A DNA stretch of 64,000 nucleotides from Alphaproteobacteria bacterium (GTDB lineage: Bacteria > Pseudomonadota > Alphaproteobacteria > CALMVH01): positions 205,432 to 269,431 of the forward strand of contig CBDAQZ010000001.1 in assembly GCA_965199335.1 (NCBI GenBank), read 5' to 3'. Shown piece after piece: positions 28,386-38,843 of this stretch (its first letter is position 1; each line of letters starts with the position of its first letter). The notes beneath the pieces are model-generated. The model searched no databases. It was not told the DNA's origin and worked only from the letters and a program-made list of their open reading frames with translations. The position numbers and the translations under genes are program-made.

Positions 28386-31112
28386 CTACCTCGGCAAGCC
28401 GGTCACGATCCAGGCGTACAAAGTCCTGGTATCCGCATTGACGATCTTTACCGCATTGCCGGATGCCTGAACCGTCGCGGAGGCGTCCTTGGCACCTTCT
28501 GCCTTCAGCTTCGGATCGCCCCATCTGCGATGCGCTGCCTCGGCAAGGCGCAGGGCCAGGTCGGTGCGGGTGGGTTGGGCCTTCGCGGCTTCCTCCGCGA
28601 CTGCATGCGCCAGTTTCGCCGGCCATGGCTGGTTGGCCTGGGCCAGCAGATAAAGCGTGACAGCCTTTGCCTCCAGATCACCGGCTCCGACTTCGATATC
28701 GGCCTGCAATGCCGCACTATCGGTCTTGAATAACGGGGAGTCGACAGCCAGCGCGATACGGGCCGCCCTTGCGGCGATGCCATCGAACTGCGGATTGGTG
28801 GCCAGCCAGGCCGCAACCTCAAGCGGGGTTTCACGGCCACCTTTCAGCAGTACGTAATGCGCCAGCATGGCCTGGTCGCTGCTGAGGTCGGGCTTGGCCA
28901 GCAACGTCTGGACCGCATCCAGCATGCGGGCCGTGGTCTGTCGCGGCAATTCCAGCTTCTGGCCGGGCAAGCCGGTGGACAGGATGGCATCGTTCAGCAG
29001 GGCGGGATCGTCCGCCGGGACAAGCAGGCCCAGCATGTAGTCGCGGAGCTGCGGCATGCCGGGGGTAACGAACAGGGGCTCGCCGGCATCGAAAGCTGCG
29101 GGCGCCGCAATGATGGGATCGACACTGGCGATCATGGTTTCGCCCGGCTTCAGGGTCAGGCTGCTGTCCGGCTTGATCGTCGTTGTGCGGCTATGAATTG
29201 GTAGCGCCGCTTGCTTCGTTGCCTTGACGGGTTTCTTTGCACCCTTGGCCGGCGGGACACCGACGATCGTCGCCTCGCCATAGCCCAGCTTGTCGTCGGA
29301 CCAGGCGATGGCCGACACACGAAGACGCGGATCGTTGCCCGCCAGCGTTGGGAAAACCTCGGTGAAATCCGCCTTGCCGGATTTGGATACGGTTGCCGGT
29401 TCCGGCCATAGCAGGGATGAGGCGACGGGAAGCGACAGCATCGCCTGCGCCGACAGATCGGGCACCGCGGTCTCGTGCGTTCCGATCACCGAGGCATAGG
29501 TATCGTAGACCTGTACCGTAACCGGACGCTTGCCGTAAAAGAAGGCCAGGGGGTCCAGCATGACCGCGGTCGAGACATCGCTGCCGACCATCTGCACCTT
29601 GCCGGGCTTGCCGTTAAGGTCCGGCAGGGTGACGCTTACCGGCAGCTTGCCGCCGATCTCCACCCGTTCCGGCGTGTCGAGGCGGACGCTCATGCGTTTC
29701 GCCCCCTCGTCGATCTCGATCCATTGCAGGCCGAAGCTGCGGTGCATGGTGCGGGCCGCATCCTTGCCGTTCCCGGCCCCAGGGGCGGTGAAGGCGGTAG
29801 CGATCACATACATGCCTCCCATGGCGTCGGCAGGGATCGGCAACTGCACCACCGCGCCATCCTTCGTGATGTGCTGACGCACGATCGCGCGAACGGCGCC
29901 GTCGACCAGCGTCACGGTCACGTCCGCATCGTCCTGCGGCTGGACCGAGACATTCGCCATCTCGCCCCGTTGAAAAGACCGGCGGCCGGGCGAAATCGCA
30001 ATGGTATTGGTGGCATCCCCGGTATCCTGTTTCGCCGGCGGCGTTGCGCTGACTTCGCCGGCGGAAACGGTGATTGCCCGCTGACCCAGCAGGACGGGTT
30101 TTCCATCCAGGTTGCGATAGGCGCGGATCGTCCATTTGCCAGCCAGGTTCGCCGGCGGCGCATGCAGCGACAGGCTGAATCCGTCGCTTGCGCCGGCGGG
30201 GGAGATCTGAAATTCGGCTACGCCGCCCTCTGCATTTTCAAGCTGTACGAAAACCTGCGAACCGGTGGCGGCATGGCCGTCCGGCGTACGTACCAGCACC
30301 AGGCCGCGAATGTCGTCGCCGGGCTTGTAGGTTTGCTTGTCGGTTACGATCGAGGCGATCGCCATGGCTGCAGGTCCGGCATTCGACGCGGCGACCGGCA
30401 GGGCGGTGAATTCGCCGTCCGCTCCATAGGCGTAAAGCGCCGCAGGAGTATCGTCGCCGGTACCGGAAATCTGGTCCTTGCCGAACCGGGCGACGCCGTC
30501 CGGATCGGTACGAAGCCGCACGATCTCGCGGTTGTTGCGGGCGATCAGCGCGATTTCGATATTCTGCGCCGGTGTCGCTTCCGACAGCAGGCGCGCCTGT
30601 ACGGTCAGCCCGTCCGCCCCGGCAAAGGCCTCGAGCCCGATATTCGAGATCATGAACAGCTTGCGCGCTTCGGCACGCGGCCTGCCGGTCGTAACTTCAT
30701 GGACGTCGGCGACATACAAGCCGGGCTGCAGCGTTTTCACCAGCTGCAATGCATCCAAAGTGGTCTTGACCGTCTGACCCGCAACTGGCGGCATGTTTTC
30801 CGGCCTGGTTGCGATCTGCGAGTGCCAGATTTCCGTCATGTCGGCCGGCAGCGTATCGGGATGTTCGAGAGCCCTCAGCGTATCGGCCTCCGACACGTGC
30901 AGGATCGAGGCGTCCAGCCGCTCGATGTTCATGCTTTCGAGCGTCAGCACCTCGTGGCTGCGCCGAGGCAGCATGTTTCCCTCGGTCGTGAACCGCGCCG
31001 ATATGCCGGCCTGTGGCGCCGGATCGGCGCGTAGCGGCAGGCTGGTCAACGCCGCCAATGCGATGATCGCGGCCAGGGGGGTTTTCGAAAGGGGTGGAAG
31101 GCGATAGGTCAT
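28386..31112 (-). CDS. Secreted alpha-2-macroglobulin-like MG-domain protein (short form, no thioester motif seen)
   Basis: Start at [29 protein letters not shown] (signal peptide). Repeated MG-like blocks (e.g. [19 protein letters not shown]...GKWTIRAY). No CxEQ motif anywhere in the about 908 aa. Confidence 0.45.
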   Translation of the reverse strand: MTYRLPPLSKTPLAAIIALAALTSLPLRADPAPQAGISARFTTEGNMLPRRSHEVLTLESMNIERLDASILHVSEADTLRALEHPDTLPADMTEIWHSQIATRPENMPPVAGQTVKTTLDALQLVKTLQPGLYVADVHEVTTGRPRAEARKLFMISNIGLEAFAGADGLTVQARLLSEATPAQNIEIALIARNNREIVRLRTDPDGVARFGKDQISGTGDDTPAALYAYGADGEFTALPVAASNAGPAAMAIASIVTDKQTYKPGDDIRGLVLVRTPDGHAATGSQVFVQLENAEGGVAEFQISPAGASDGFSLSLHAPPANLAGKWTIRAYRNLDGKPVLLGQRAITVSAGEVSATPPAKQDTGDATNTIAISPGRRSFQRGEMANVSVQPQDDADVTVTLVDGAVRAIVRQHITKDGAVVQLPIPADAMGGMYVIATAFTAPGAGNGKDAARTMHRSFGLQWIEIDEGAKRMSVRLDTPERVEIGGKLPVSVTLPDLNGKPGKVQMVGSDVSTAVMLDPLAFFYGKRPVTVQVYDTYASVIGTHETAVPDLSAQAMLSLPVASSLLWPEPATVSKSGKADFTEVFPTLAGNDPRLRVSAIAWSDDKLGYGEATIVGVPPAKGAKKPVKATKQAALPIHSRTTTIKPDSSLTLKPGETMIASVDPIIAAPAAFDAGEPLFVTPGMPQLRDYMLGLLVPADDPALLNDAILSTGLPGQKLELPRQTTARMLDAVQTLLAKPDLSSDQAMLAHYVLLKGGRETPLEVAAWLATNPQFDGIAARAARIALAVDSPLFKTDSAALQADIEVGAGDLEAKAVTLYLLAQANQPWPAKLAHAVAEEAAKAQPTRTDLALRLAEAAHRRWGDPKLKAEGAKDASATVQASGNAVKIVNADTRTLYAWIVTGLPR

Positions 31113-31119
31113 TTGCAAC

Positions 31120-31860
31120 GTGGATATGAAAACTGAACCCATGCGATTAGCAGGAGATGGCGGCATCGCCAATGGTCTAGAGCCACCGGAATGGCAATCC
31201 GCATCCGCGCCCGTGCCTTACGAGGAGGCGATGGCGCGAATGGAACAGCGCGTCGCCGCCATAATCGACCGCCGCGCGCCCGAACTGGTCTGGCTGCTGG
31301 AGCATCCGCCGCTCTATACCGCCGGCACCAGCGCCCGGGCCGAAGATCTGCTGGCGGCGCGGTTTCCCGTGCATGTCGCGGGCAGGGGCGGGCAGTACAC
31401 CTATCATGGCCCGGGCCAGCGCATCGCCTACGCCATGCTGGACCTGCGTCAGCGCGGGCAGGATGTCCGCCGCTACGTCCACGATCTGGAGGGGTGGGCG
31501 ATCCTGGCCCTGCGCCGCTTCGGGCTGAACGCGCAGCGGCGCGAGGGGCGGGTAGGGCTGTGGATCGACATGACGGCGCATGGCCGCCTCGGCGAGGCCA
31601 AGATCGCCGCGATCGGCGTGCGCGTGCGCCGCTGGGTGACGTTCCACGGCCTTTCCCTCAACGTCGCCCCCGACCTGTCGCATTATACCGGGATCGTACC
31701 CTGCGGTATCGCCGAACACGGGGTCACCTCGCTGGCCGATCTGGGGCTGGACGTCACGATGGCGGAAATGGATGCGGCGCTGAAGGAAACCTGGGGCGAG
31801 GTGTTTGAAAGCATCTCTACCGCTGGGAGAGGGAACCTTACTTCCTCGTCTTCGCCTTGA
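31120..31860 (+). CDS. lipB: Octanoyltransferase
   Basis: [35 protein letters not shown] and TFHGLSLNV motifs. Start is ambiguous (GTG 31120, ATG 31126 or ATG 31141). Confidence 0.88.
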   Translation: MDMKTEPMRLAGDGGIANGLEPPEWQSASAPVPYEEAMARMEQRVAAIIDRRAPELVWLLEHPPLYTAGTSARAEDLLAARFPVHVAGRGGQYTYHGPGQRIAYAMLDLRQRGQDVRRYVHDLEGWAILALRRFGLNAQRREGRVGLWIDMTAHGRLGEAKIAAIGVRVRRWVTFHGLSLNVAPDLSHYTGIVPCGIAEHGVTSLADLGLDVTMAEMDAALKETWGEVFESISTAGRGNLTSSSSP

Positions 31861-32605
31861 TGTCGGCCGCCTCGCGCAGGGCCTCGTCCTTCTGGTCCTG
31901 GGTCAGGTGGGACGCTGCCATCGGAAGGTCCTGCTTGCCCTGGTCGAGGCCCTGCCCGGCGGCGAGGCTGAGCCACATGTATGATTTAACCCAGTCCTGC
32001 GCCACGCCGCGCCCGTCGCCATAGATGACGCCGAGGTAATCCTGTGCCGCCGCCATGCCGTTTGCCGCCGCCTGGCCAAACCATTGTGCCGCAGCCGCAT
32101 CGTCCTTCGCCACGCCCTCGCCGGTCGAATACATGTATCCCAGCTGATACTGTGCCTCGGCCGATCCCGCTTCTGCCGCGCGTTTCAGCCATTCGATCGC
32201 AACCGGATAATTCGGCGGCTTGCTGCCGTCGGAGAAATGCCAGCCCAGCTGGTAATAGGCGTCGACGGCTTCGGATGGGCTCAGCTGCTCCGGTTTCCGG
32301 AAGGGGACGATGCCCGATCCGGCTTTTTCCTGCGCCTCGATCTGGGCGCTCACATATCCGTCCACCCCCGATTGCGGCGGGTTCAAATCCGTTGGTTGCA
32401 ATGAAACGCGCCATGGCAGTCTGAGTACGCCGGGCTTGTAGACCAGCCTGAATTTCGACGAGGACAGGTCGAGGGAATCGTAGACGCGCTTGGTTACGGT
32501 GGTGGCTTCATAATCCGAACCCAGCGGAATGGAGAGCCGATGTCCGATCGGGCTTTTCACTGCGGCATGATATAGGGGGGATGCCGTTTTTCGAGTGGGT
32601 GACAT
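31838..32605 (-). CDS. Sel1-repeat (TPR-like) protein; probably the C-terminal part of a frameshifted larger gene
   Basis: Three Sel1 units ([54 protein letters not shown], ...). There is no Shine-Dalgarno before ATG 32605, and it overlaps the upstream ORF by 98 nt. Confidence 0.65.
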   Translation of the reverse strand: MSPTRKTASPLYHAAVKSPIGHRLSIPLGSDYEATTVTKRVYDSLDLSSSKFRLVYKPGVLRLPWRVSLQPTDLNPPQSGVDGYVSAQIEAQEKAGSGIVPFRKPEQLSPSEAVDAYYQLGWHFSDGSKPPNYPVAIEWLKRAAEAGSAEAQYQLGYMYSTGEGVAKDDAAAAQWFGQAAANGMAAAQDYLGVIYGDGRGVAQDWVKSYMWLSLAAGQGLDQGKQDLPMAASHLTQDQKDEALREAADIKAKTRK

Positions 32606-32852
32606 AGAAGTTGGTGACCGGGACCGTAACTGTGATTTCCGGGCTCCTGTCCAGCTTTGCGTTCAGGATCACGCTGATGCCGTCGAAAATACAACCTATC
32701 CCGAAAGCGCACAGTACCATCGACCACAGTACTGTCGAAATGTTCGGCCTTGTTTTGCGCACCGAGACCGAGCCGGCCAAAAGCGCGAACGGTATCCAGA
32801 AAGGCGCGGAACAGGCGGTCAGGATTACCAGCGCCTCTGCATTCCGCAGCAT
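32508..32852 (-). CDS. Membrane ORF (3 hydrophobic helices); probably the N-terminal part of the Sel1 gene
   Basis: 114-aa ORF. It changes frame relative to 31838-32605 at a C6 run (G6 on + strand, 32575-32580). Confidence 0.4.
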   Translation of the reverse strand: MLRNAEALVILTACSAPFWIPFALLAGSVSVRKTRPNISTVLWSMVLCAFGIGCIFDGISVILNAKLDRSPEITVTVPVTNFYVTHSKNGIPPISCRSEKPDRTSALHSAGFGL

Positions 32853-33014
32853 CGGATAGGACGAGCTTGCGATTAAAAGAAAGATTATCCCGGGGAAAGG
32901 CAGAAGCGCAGGCAGGGCCGGGGATCCTGTTGCGCCCGGGTGGCGAGCCGACGGGGCGGCCTTCGTAATAGTCCATGGTTATCCCACTTTTCTTGTTTCG
33001 GCGCGTTCGGGTCC

Positions 33015-33884
33015 TTAGTCGGCCGCCGCCGACATCAGCTGGTCGTCGGCGTACTGCCTCAGGGCGGAGATCATCTGCGTGATGTTTCGTTTCAGCTTGT
33101 TGTAGCCGGCGTTGGGCTTGACCGTATCCTCGTTCAGGTACAGCCGCCGGTTCACCTCTATCTGCAGACTGTGCACGCCCTGGTTCGGCTTGCCGTAGCG
33201 GCGCACGATCTCGACACCCTTGTAAGGGTCGTTCAGCCGGACGGTGTATCCCAGCCGCTCCAGCACGGTGGCGACGAACTGGGTGAAATCGGTCGAGCAG
33301 GTGGTGCCGTCACGATTGCCCAGCACGAAATCCGCGCGGTCCCATTCAGAGCCGGTGCCGCCGACGCTGGACGAGGGCATCGAATGGCAGTTCAGGTGCC
33401 AGGCGCCCCCGAACCGCGCCGTGGTATTGTCGATCACCGATCGCAGTTCCGCGTGATAGGGCAGGTAGTATTTCTCGATCCGCTCCTGAACCTCGCGCAC
33501 GGTCAGCTTGTGATTGTAGACGGGCATGCCGGGGCGGCAGATACGGCGCACCAGGCCCATGCCGACGCGCGACTTCTCGCTGGGGCGTACGGGGCTCGGC
33601 CAGTGGCTGGCCAATAATTGCGGGTCGATGTCGTCGATGGCGCGATTGACATCTATATAGGAGCGGGGGAATTGCGCTGCGATCAGCACCGCGCCGTGAT
33701 GGGGCGCCCGGGCATAGAGATCGTCGACAAAGCTGTCCTCCGCCTGGCGCAGGATCTCCTCGGGACAGGAGAACATGAAGTCGGCCGGGTATTTCCGGCC
33801 GCTATGCGGGCTATCGAACACCAGCGGCGACTGCGGCGTCTTCGGATCGTATCGCAGAAGAATTTCCGGTCCCGGTTGTGCCAT
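33015..33884 (-). CDS. N-formylglutamate amidohydrolase family protein
   Basis: 289 aa. [13 protein letters not shown] and [10 protein letters not shown] motifs of the FGase family. Confidence 0.8.
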   Translation of the reverse strand: MAQPGPEILLRYDPKTPQSPLVFDSPHSGRKYPADFMFSCPEEILRQAEDSFVDDLYARAPHHGAVLIAAQFPRSYIDVNRAIDDIDPQLLASHWPSPVRPSEKSRVGMGLVRRICRPGMPVYNHKLTVREVQERIEKYYLPYHAELRSVIDNTTARFGGAWHLNCHSMPSSSVGGTGSEWDRADFVLGNRDGTTCSTDFTQFVATVLERLGYTVRLNDPYKGVEIVRRYGKPNQGVHSLQIEVNRRLYLNEDTVKPNAGYNKLKRNITQMISALRQYADDQLMSAAAD

Positions 33885-33935
33885 CCAATAACCTTCCTAC
33901 ATACTTGCTATCACGGCAACAGCGAAAGTCTTACC

Positions 33936-34334
33936 ATGAGCAAGGTTGAGAAGAGCGAAACGGAATGGCGCGCCGAACTGGATCCCGAAACCTTTCGCGT
34001 AACGCGCAAAAAGGGCACGGAACCTGCCTTCAGCGGCGAATTCCACGATACCAAGACCAAGGGCACTTATGCCTGCGCCTGTTGCGGGCAGGACTTGTTC
34101 TCGTCTGAATCGAAATTCGATTCGGGGTCCGGCTGGCCCAGTTTCTACCAGCCGGTTGCCGAGGAAAAGGTGGAAACCGAGTCCGACGTCAGTTTCGGCA
34201 TGCGCCGTACGGAAGTGCTCTGCAGCCGCTGCGATGCTCATCTCGGTCATGTTTTCGACGACGGGCCAAGGCCGACCGGCCTGCGCTACTGTATCAATTC
34301 TGCCGCATTGAAACTGGATACCGACAAGAATTAG
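33936..34334 (+). CDS. msrB: Peptide-methionine (R)-S-oxide reductase
   Basis: 132 aa. [26 protein letters not shown] and RYCINS motifs. Confidence 0.93.
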   Translation: MSKVEKSETEWRAELDPETFRVTRKKGTEPAFSGEFHDTKTKGTYACACCGQDLFSSESKFDSGSGWPSFYQPVAEEKVETESDVSFGMRRTEVLCSRCDAHLGHVFDDGPRPTGLRYCINSAALKLDTDKN

Positions 34335-34431
34335 CCTTATTCACGAATCAAGTACCGGCTGAATGTAGACAAGTCTTCCGCTCTGTTCTAATGAACAAAG
34401 CGGGGGATTCGTCAACAACGAGGCCAAAGCC

Positions 34432-35787
34432 ATGAGTGTTAAGAAGAAATTAAAGCAGACGCTCTACTGCTGTACTTGCCTTTCTCTTATTTCAAACGTG
34501 GCGCATGCCGCCGGGTTTCAGCTGAACGAGCAGAGCGCTGCCTCCGTCGGCATGGCGCTTGCCGGTACGGGCGTGGAGCCTGACGCTTCGGTGCAGTTCG
34601 CCAATCCGGCCGGCATCGCCGCGCTTTCGGGGGTCAATCTGCTGGGCGGCGGCAATTTGTACGTCACCAGCGTGAATTTCGACAACAAGGGCTCGAAGTC
34701 GGCGGTCGGCTCACCGATCACGGGCAACGCTTCGGCTGACTCCAATGCTATCAGCGGCTACGGATACGCCACCTATCAGATCAACGACACCGTCACGGCG
34801 GGCCTCGCCTTCTACTCTCCGTTCGGTCTTGCGACACGCTACGGCGACAATTCGTCGGTGCGCTATTTCGCGGAAGATTCGTTCGTGGAGGCGATCGAAA
34901 TCAATCCTAACATCGCCGTCCGCCTGAACGACGAACTGTCGATCGGCGCCGGTCCGGCGATCCGCTATACCTACGGCAAGTTCTCGAACGGCATCGATAC
35001 CGGTTCGATCGGCACGGGCGCGGGCATTGCCGCCGGCCTGTCGCCTGCCGCCGCCGCCGCCCTGGGCGGACCGGGCGCGAACGATTCGCGGTTCAGCGCA
35101 TCCGGCGATGGCTGGGACGTAGGCTACAAGGCCGGCATCCTCTTCCAGCCGGACAAGGAAACCCAGATCGGCCTTGCCTATCATTCCGCCATGGAAAGCA
35201 CGATCAGCGGCACGTCCACGGTCGATACGTCAGGCGCGCAGAGCCCGCTTGCCGCCGCCGCCGCCGGCCGACTGGGAGCGTTGGCTTCCGGGGTAAAGGC
35301 CAAGGTCGATTATCCCGATTCGGTAACCCTCAGCGGGTCGCGTCAGGTCACATCGGACCTGCGGCTGGCCGCCGACGTGTCGTGGACGAACTGGAGTCGC
35401 TTCAAAGAGCTGAACATCCAGTTCGCCGATGGCGCGCCGACCGCAAGCGAAGTCGAAAACTTCACCGACAGCTACCGCTTTGCCCTGGGCGCGGAATACA
35501 ATCTGATGCCCAACCTGAAACTGCGCGGCGGTGCGGCCTATGAAACCAGCCCGGTGGGTGGGGATGCGGCCCGTACGCCCCGCGATCCGGATAGCGATCG
35601 CTTCTGGATTTCCGGCGGTGTCGGGTACGAGTTCATGAAGAACACGACCTTCGACTTCGGCTATTCGCACTTGTTCGCGATCGACGGCGGCACCTTCCGT
35701 TCCAGCACGACGGCAGGAACGTTGATCGGCGATTACGAGAACGACAGCGCCGACATCCTGAGTGTCGACGTAGCGTACAAGTTCTAG
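34432..35787 (+). CDS. Outer-membrane transport protein, FadL/OmpP1/TodX family
   Basis: Signal peptide ending AHA, AGFQLNEQSA start of the mature protein, C-terminal ...VDVAYKF. Confidence 0.85.
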   Translation: MSVKKKLKQTLYCCTCLSLISNVAHAAGFQLNEQSAASVGMALAGTGVEPDASVQFANPAGIAALSGVNLLGGGNLYVTSVNFDNKGSKSAVGSPITGNASADSNAISGYGYATYQINDTVTAGLAFYSPFGLATRYGDNSSVRYFAEDSFVEAIEINPNIAVRLNDELSIGAGPAIRYTYGKFSNGIDTGSIGTGAGIAAGLSPAAAAALGGPGANDSRFSASGDGWDVGYKAGILFQPDKETQIGLAYHSAMESTISGTSTVDTSGAQSPLAAAAAGRLGALASGVKAKVDYPDSVTLSGSRQVTSDLRLAADVSWTNWSRFKELNIQFADGAPTASEVENFTDSYRFALGAEYNLMPNLKLRGGAAYETSPVGGDAARTPRDPDSDRFWISGGVGYEFMKNTTFDFGYSHLFAIDGGTFRSSTTAGTLIGDYENDSADILSVDVAYKF

Positions 35788-35797
35788 CAAACGCGCC

Positions 35798-35828
35798 TGT
35801 GTCCGGCCGCAATTATCGGCCGGACACA
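35798..35828 (+). terminator. Strong hairpin after the fadL-like gene (11-12 bp GC-rich stem, no U-tract)
   Basis: TGTGTCCGGCC(G)-CAATTAT-(C)GGCCGGACACA, beginning 11 nt after the stop codon. Confidence 0.45.
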
Positions 35829-35904
35829 CCGTGCGCACATTGAATCGCGCACTATTAGGCTATACGGTCCGCCGCGTATGTTATCGCGTAACGGAGCCGC
35901 AGCA

Positions 35905-36012
35905 ATGCGTGAAAGTCCCAGCCTTCTGTCCATAAGCGCATTCACCCGCGTGCTGATCTGCCTGCCGCTCGTGGCCCTGTTGTGGCTGGCGGTGGTGGTG
36001 GTCGGGCGATGA
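35905..36012 (+). CDS. 35-codon hydrophobic micro-ORF overlapping the ABC ATPase start (ATGA)
   Basis: MRESPSLLSISAFTRVLICLPLVALLWLAVVVVGR*. One predicted TM helix. Its stop overlaps ATG 36009. Confidence 0.3.
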   Translation: MRESPSLLSISAFTRVLICLPLVALLWLAVVVVGR

Positions 36013-36725
36013 GCGGCGCTATCACCCTCGACAAGCTCGATGCCGGATATGGCCGCGATTCGGTCCTGCGCGGTGTCAGTGGCAGCTTTGCGCTGGGAAC
36101 CGCCACGGCGGTGATCGGTCCCAACGGCGCCGGCAAAAGCACTCTGCTCAAAACCATTGCCGGCCTGTTGAAGCCCCAGCATGGGCGCATCGTATTCGAA
36201 GGCTGCAAGGCCGCCGATGTCGCCTATCTGCCGCAACGTACCGATATCGAACGCTCATTTCCGCTCAGCGCCCAGGATCTGGTGATGCTGGGCAGCTGGC
36301 GTGAAACCGGCGCTTTCGGCCCCGCAAGCGATGCCGCGCGCATGGCCTGCACCGCGGCGCTCGACCGCGTCGGTCTTTCGACGGTACGCGACCGGCCCGT
36401 CGGCGGCCTTTCCTATGGCCAGTTGCAACGTGCCTTGTTCGCGCGGATTATCGTGCAGGATGCGGCGATCATCCTGCTGGACGAGCCGTTCGCCGCGATG
36501 GACACGGCAACGACCGCCGGCCTGCTGGAACTGATCGCCTCATGGCGAAGGGACGGCAAGACCATCATCGCCGCGCTGCACGACATGGGGCAGGTGCGGG
36601 ATTATTTCCCCGACGCGCTTCTGATCGATCGCTGCGTGATGGCCTGGGGCCCGGCCGAGCAGGCACTGGCGCAGCACGTCCACACCGGCGTTGATTGCGG
36701 CGGCCATGAAGGCGATCGTCGCTGA
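36009..36725 (+). CDS. Metal (Zn/Mn-type) ABC transporter ATP-binding protein
   Basis: Walker A GPNGAGKSTLL, signature LSYGQLQR, Walker B IILLDEP. Confidence 0.85.
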   Translation: MSGAITLDKLDAGYGRDSVLRGVSGSFALGTATAVIGPNGAGKSTLLKTIAGLLKPQHGRIVFEGCKAADVAYLPQRTDIERSFPLSAQDLVMLGSWRETGAFGPASDAARMACTAALDRVGLSTVRDRPVGGLSYGQLQRALFARIIVQDAAIILLDEPFAAMDTATTAGLLELIASWRRDGKTIIAALHDMGQVRDYFPDALLIDRCVMAWGPAEQALAQHVHTGVDCGGHEGDRR

Positions 36726-37591
36726 TGCATTTTATCTCAGACCTTTATCGCCCGTTTCTCGAATTTGCGTTCATGCGCCGTGCCCTGGTCGCCTGCCTTG
36801 CGCTTGCCATCGGATCGGGTCCGATCGGCACGATCCTGGTCGTGCGCCGGATGAGCCTGATGGGCGATGCGCTCTCGCATGCCATTTTGCCAGGGGCCGC
36901 CATCGGCTTCCTGATCGGCGGGCTATCGCTACCGGCGATGAGCCTGGGCGGTTTGTTCGCCGGTATCGCGGTCGCCTTGCTGGCCGGCCTCGTCGCGCGT
37001 ATTTCCAATTTGCGCGAGGACGCAAGTTTCGCCGCTATCTATTTGATCTCGCTTGCTGGGGGTGTGCTGATCATTTCGTCTCGGGGCAGCAATGTCGATC
37101 TTCTGCATGTCCTGTTCGGAACCATCCTCGCGGTCGATAATACGTCCTTGTACATGGTGTCCGCCATAGCCAGCGTCAGCCTGCTGACCCTTGCCTGGAT
37201 CTACCGGCCCTTGCTGGCCGAATGCTTCGATCCCGGGTTCCTGCGCATGGTCGAGGGACGGGGCGGTCTATATCACACGCTGTTCATGGTGCTGGTGGTG
37301 CTGAACCTGGTGGCCGGTTTCCAGGCGCTGGGGACCTTGATGGCGATCGGCCTGATGATGCTGCCCGCCGCCGCCGCGCGGTTCTGGGTACAGCGTATCT
37401 GGTCGCTGTCGCTGGTCAGCATGGCCATTGCACTGGTCGCGGGCTATGCGGGGCTTACGGCTTCCTTCTACCTCAACCTGCCGTCGGGCCCCTCGATCAT
37501 CCTCGCCGCCGGGCTGCTATACGTGATTTCGATCCTGTTCGGAACGCATGACGGCGTATTTAAACGTCGCATTCCCGCACAGGGGTTTTGA
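36725..37591 (+). CDS. Metal ABC transporter permease (ABC-3 / ZnuB-MntB family)
   Basis: 288 aa, about 8 TM helices. MGDALSHAILPG motif. TGATG overlap with the ATPase gene. Confidence 0.85.
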   Translation: MHFISDLYRPFLEFAFMRRALVACLALAIGSGPIGTILVVRRMSLMGDALSHAILPGAAIGFLIGGLSLPAMSLGGLFAGIAVALLAGLVARISNLREDASFAAIYLISLAGGVLIISSRGSNVDLLHVLFGTILAVDNTSLYMVSAIASVSLLTLAWIYRPLLAECFDPGFLRMVEGRGGLYHTLFMVLVVLNLVAGFQALGTLMAIGLMMLPAAAARFWVQRIWSLSLVSMAIALVAGYAGLTASFYLNLPSGPSIILAAGLLYVISILFGTHDGVFKRRIPAQGF

Positions 37592-37622
37592 CACGGCGTG
37601 GAATCTGGGTTTTGTTAAGATC

Positions 37623-38843
37623 GTGAAAGCACATATCGATTTCGAGACGCGCTACAATGCGCGCAACTACAGCCCCCTGCCGGTCGTCCTATCCCGCGGC
37701 GAGGGTGTCTTCGTCTGGGATATGGAGGGCAAGCGCTACCTCGACATGATGAGCGCCTATTCGGCGGTCAGCTTCGGGCACTCGCATCCCCGCCTGGTGA
37801 AGGCGCTGACCGAGCAGGCGAAAAAGCTGGCGATCGTGTCGCGCGCCTTCCACGCCGAGCCGCTCGGCCCGTTCCTCGCCAAGCTGTGCGAAGTGTCGGG
37901 CATGGACCGTGCGCTGCCGATGAACACGGGTGCCGAGGCGGTCGAGACCGCGATCAAGGCCTCGCGCCGCTGGGGCTACCGCGTCAAGGGGATCGAGAAG
38001 AACAAGGCCGAGATCGTGGTTGCGGCCGGCAATTTCCATGGTCGCACCACGACGATCATCAGCATGTCCTCCAACGAGGAATACAAGGAAGATTTCGGCC
38101 CGTTCACGCCCGGTTTCCACATCGTGCCCTTCGGTGATGCGGAGGCGATCGAAGCGGCGATCACGCCCCATACATGTGCCGTATTGGTGGAGCCGATCCA
38201 GGGCGAGGCGGGGATCGTGATCCCGCCGGAGGGATACCTGCGCGACCTGCGCCGCATCTGCGACCGCAACAACGTGCTGCTGCTCCTCGACGAAATCCAG
38301 TCGGGTTTTGCCCGTACCGGCCGCACCTTCGCGTTCGAACACGAAGGCATCAAGCCGGATGGCCTGATCGTGGGCAAGGCGCTCGGCGGCGGCCTCATTC
38401 CAGTGTCTGCGTTTCTTGCCCGTTCCGAAGTCATGGACGTCTTCATGCCCGGCACGCACGGTTCGACGTTCGGCGGCAATCCCCTGGCCGCGGCGGTCGG
38501 GCTGGAGGCGCTGACGGTAATCGAGGAAGAACATCTTTGCCAGCGCAGCGCGGAGAACGGTGCTTACCTGCTGGACCGGCTGCGTGGATTGAATTCGCCG
38601 ATCATCACCGGTGTGCGTGGACGAGGGCTATGGATCGGAATCGACATCGACCCTGCCTTCGTCAAGGCGCGAAAGGTTGCGGAGACACTGATGCATCGCG
38701 GCCTTCTGGCCCGCGAGACCCATGACACGGTGCTGCGCATCGCGCCGCCGTTGGTCATCGAAAAGCCCGAGCTCGATTGGGCAGTTGAAACCCTCGCCGA
38801 CGTTCTCGGCGATGTTGTGAAAGGATCCTCGCCAAGTGCCTGA
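37623..38843 (+). CDS. rocD: Ornithine--oxo-acid aminotransferase
   Basis: Collinear with my memory of B. subtilis RocD (NYSPLPVV, SAYSAVSFGHSHP, RAFH, PMNTGAEAVE, NFHGRT, DEIQSGFARTG, GKALGGG). Start is uncertain: GTG 37623 is preferred over the track start 37548, which overlaps the permease by 44 nt. Confidence 0.85.
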   Translation: MKAHIDFETRYNARNYSPLPVVLSRGEGVFVWDMEGKRYLDMMSAYSAVSFGHSHPRLVKALTEQAKKLAIVSRAFHAEPLGPFLAKLCEVSGMDRALPMNTGAEAVETAIKASRRWGYRVKGIEKNKAEIVVAAGNFHGRTTTIISMSSNEEYKEDFGPFTPGFHIVPFGDAEAIEAAITPHTCAVLVEPIQGEAGIVIPPEGYLRDLRRICDRNNVLLLLDEIQSGFARTGRTFAFEHEGIKPDGLIVGKALGGGLIPVSAFLARSEVMDVFMPGTHGSTFGGNPLAAAVGLEALTVIEEEHLCQRSAENGAYLLDRLRGLNSPIITGVRGRGLWIGIDIDPAFVKARKVAETLMHRGLLARETHDTVLRIAPPLVIEKPELDWAVETLADVLGDVVKGSSPSA

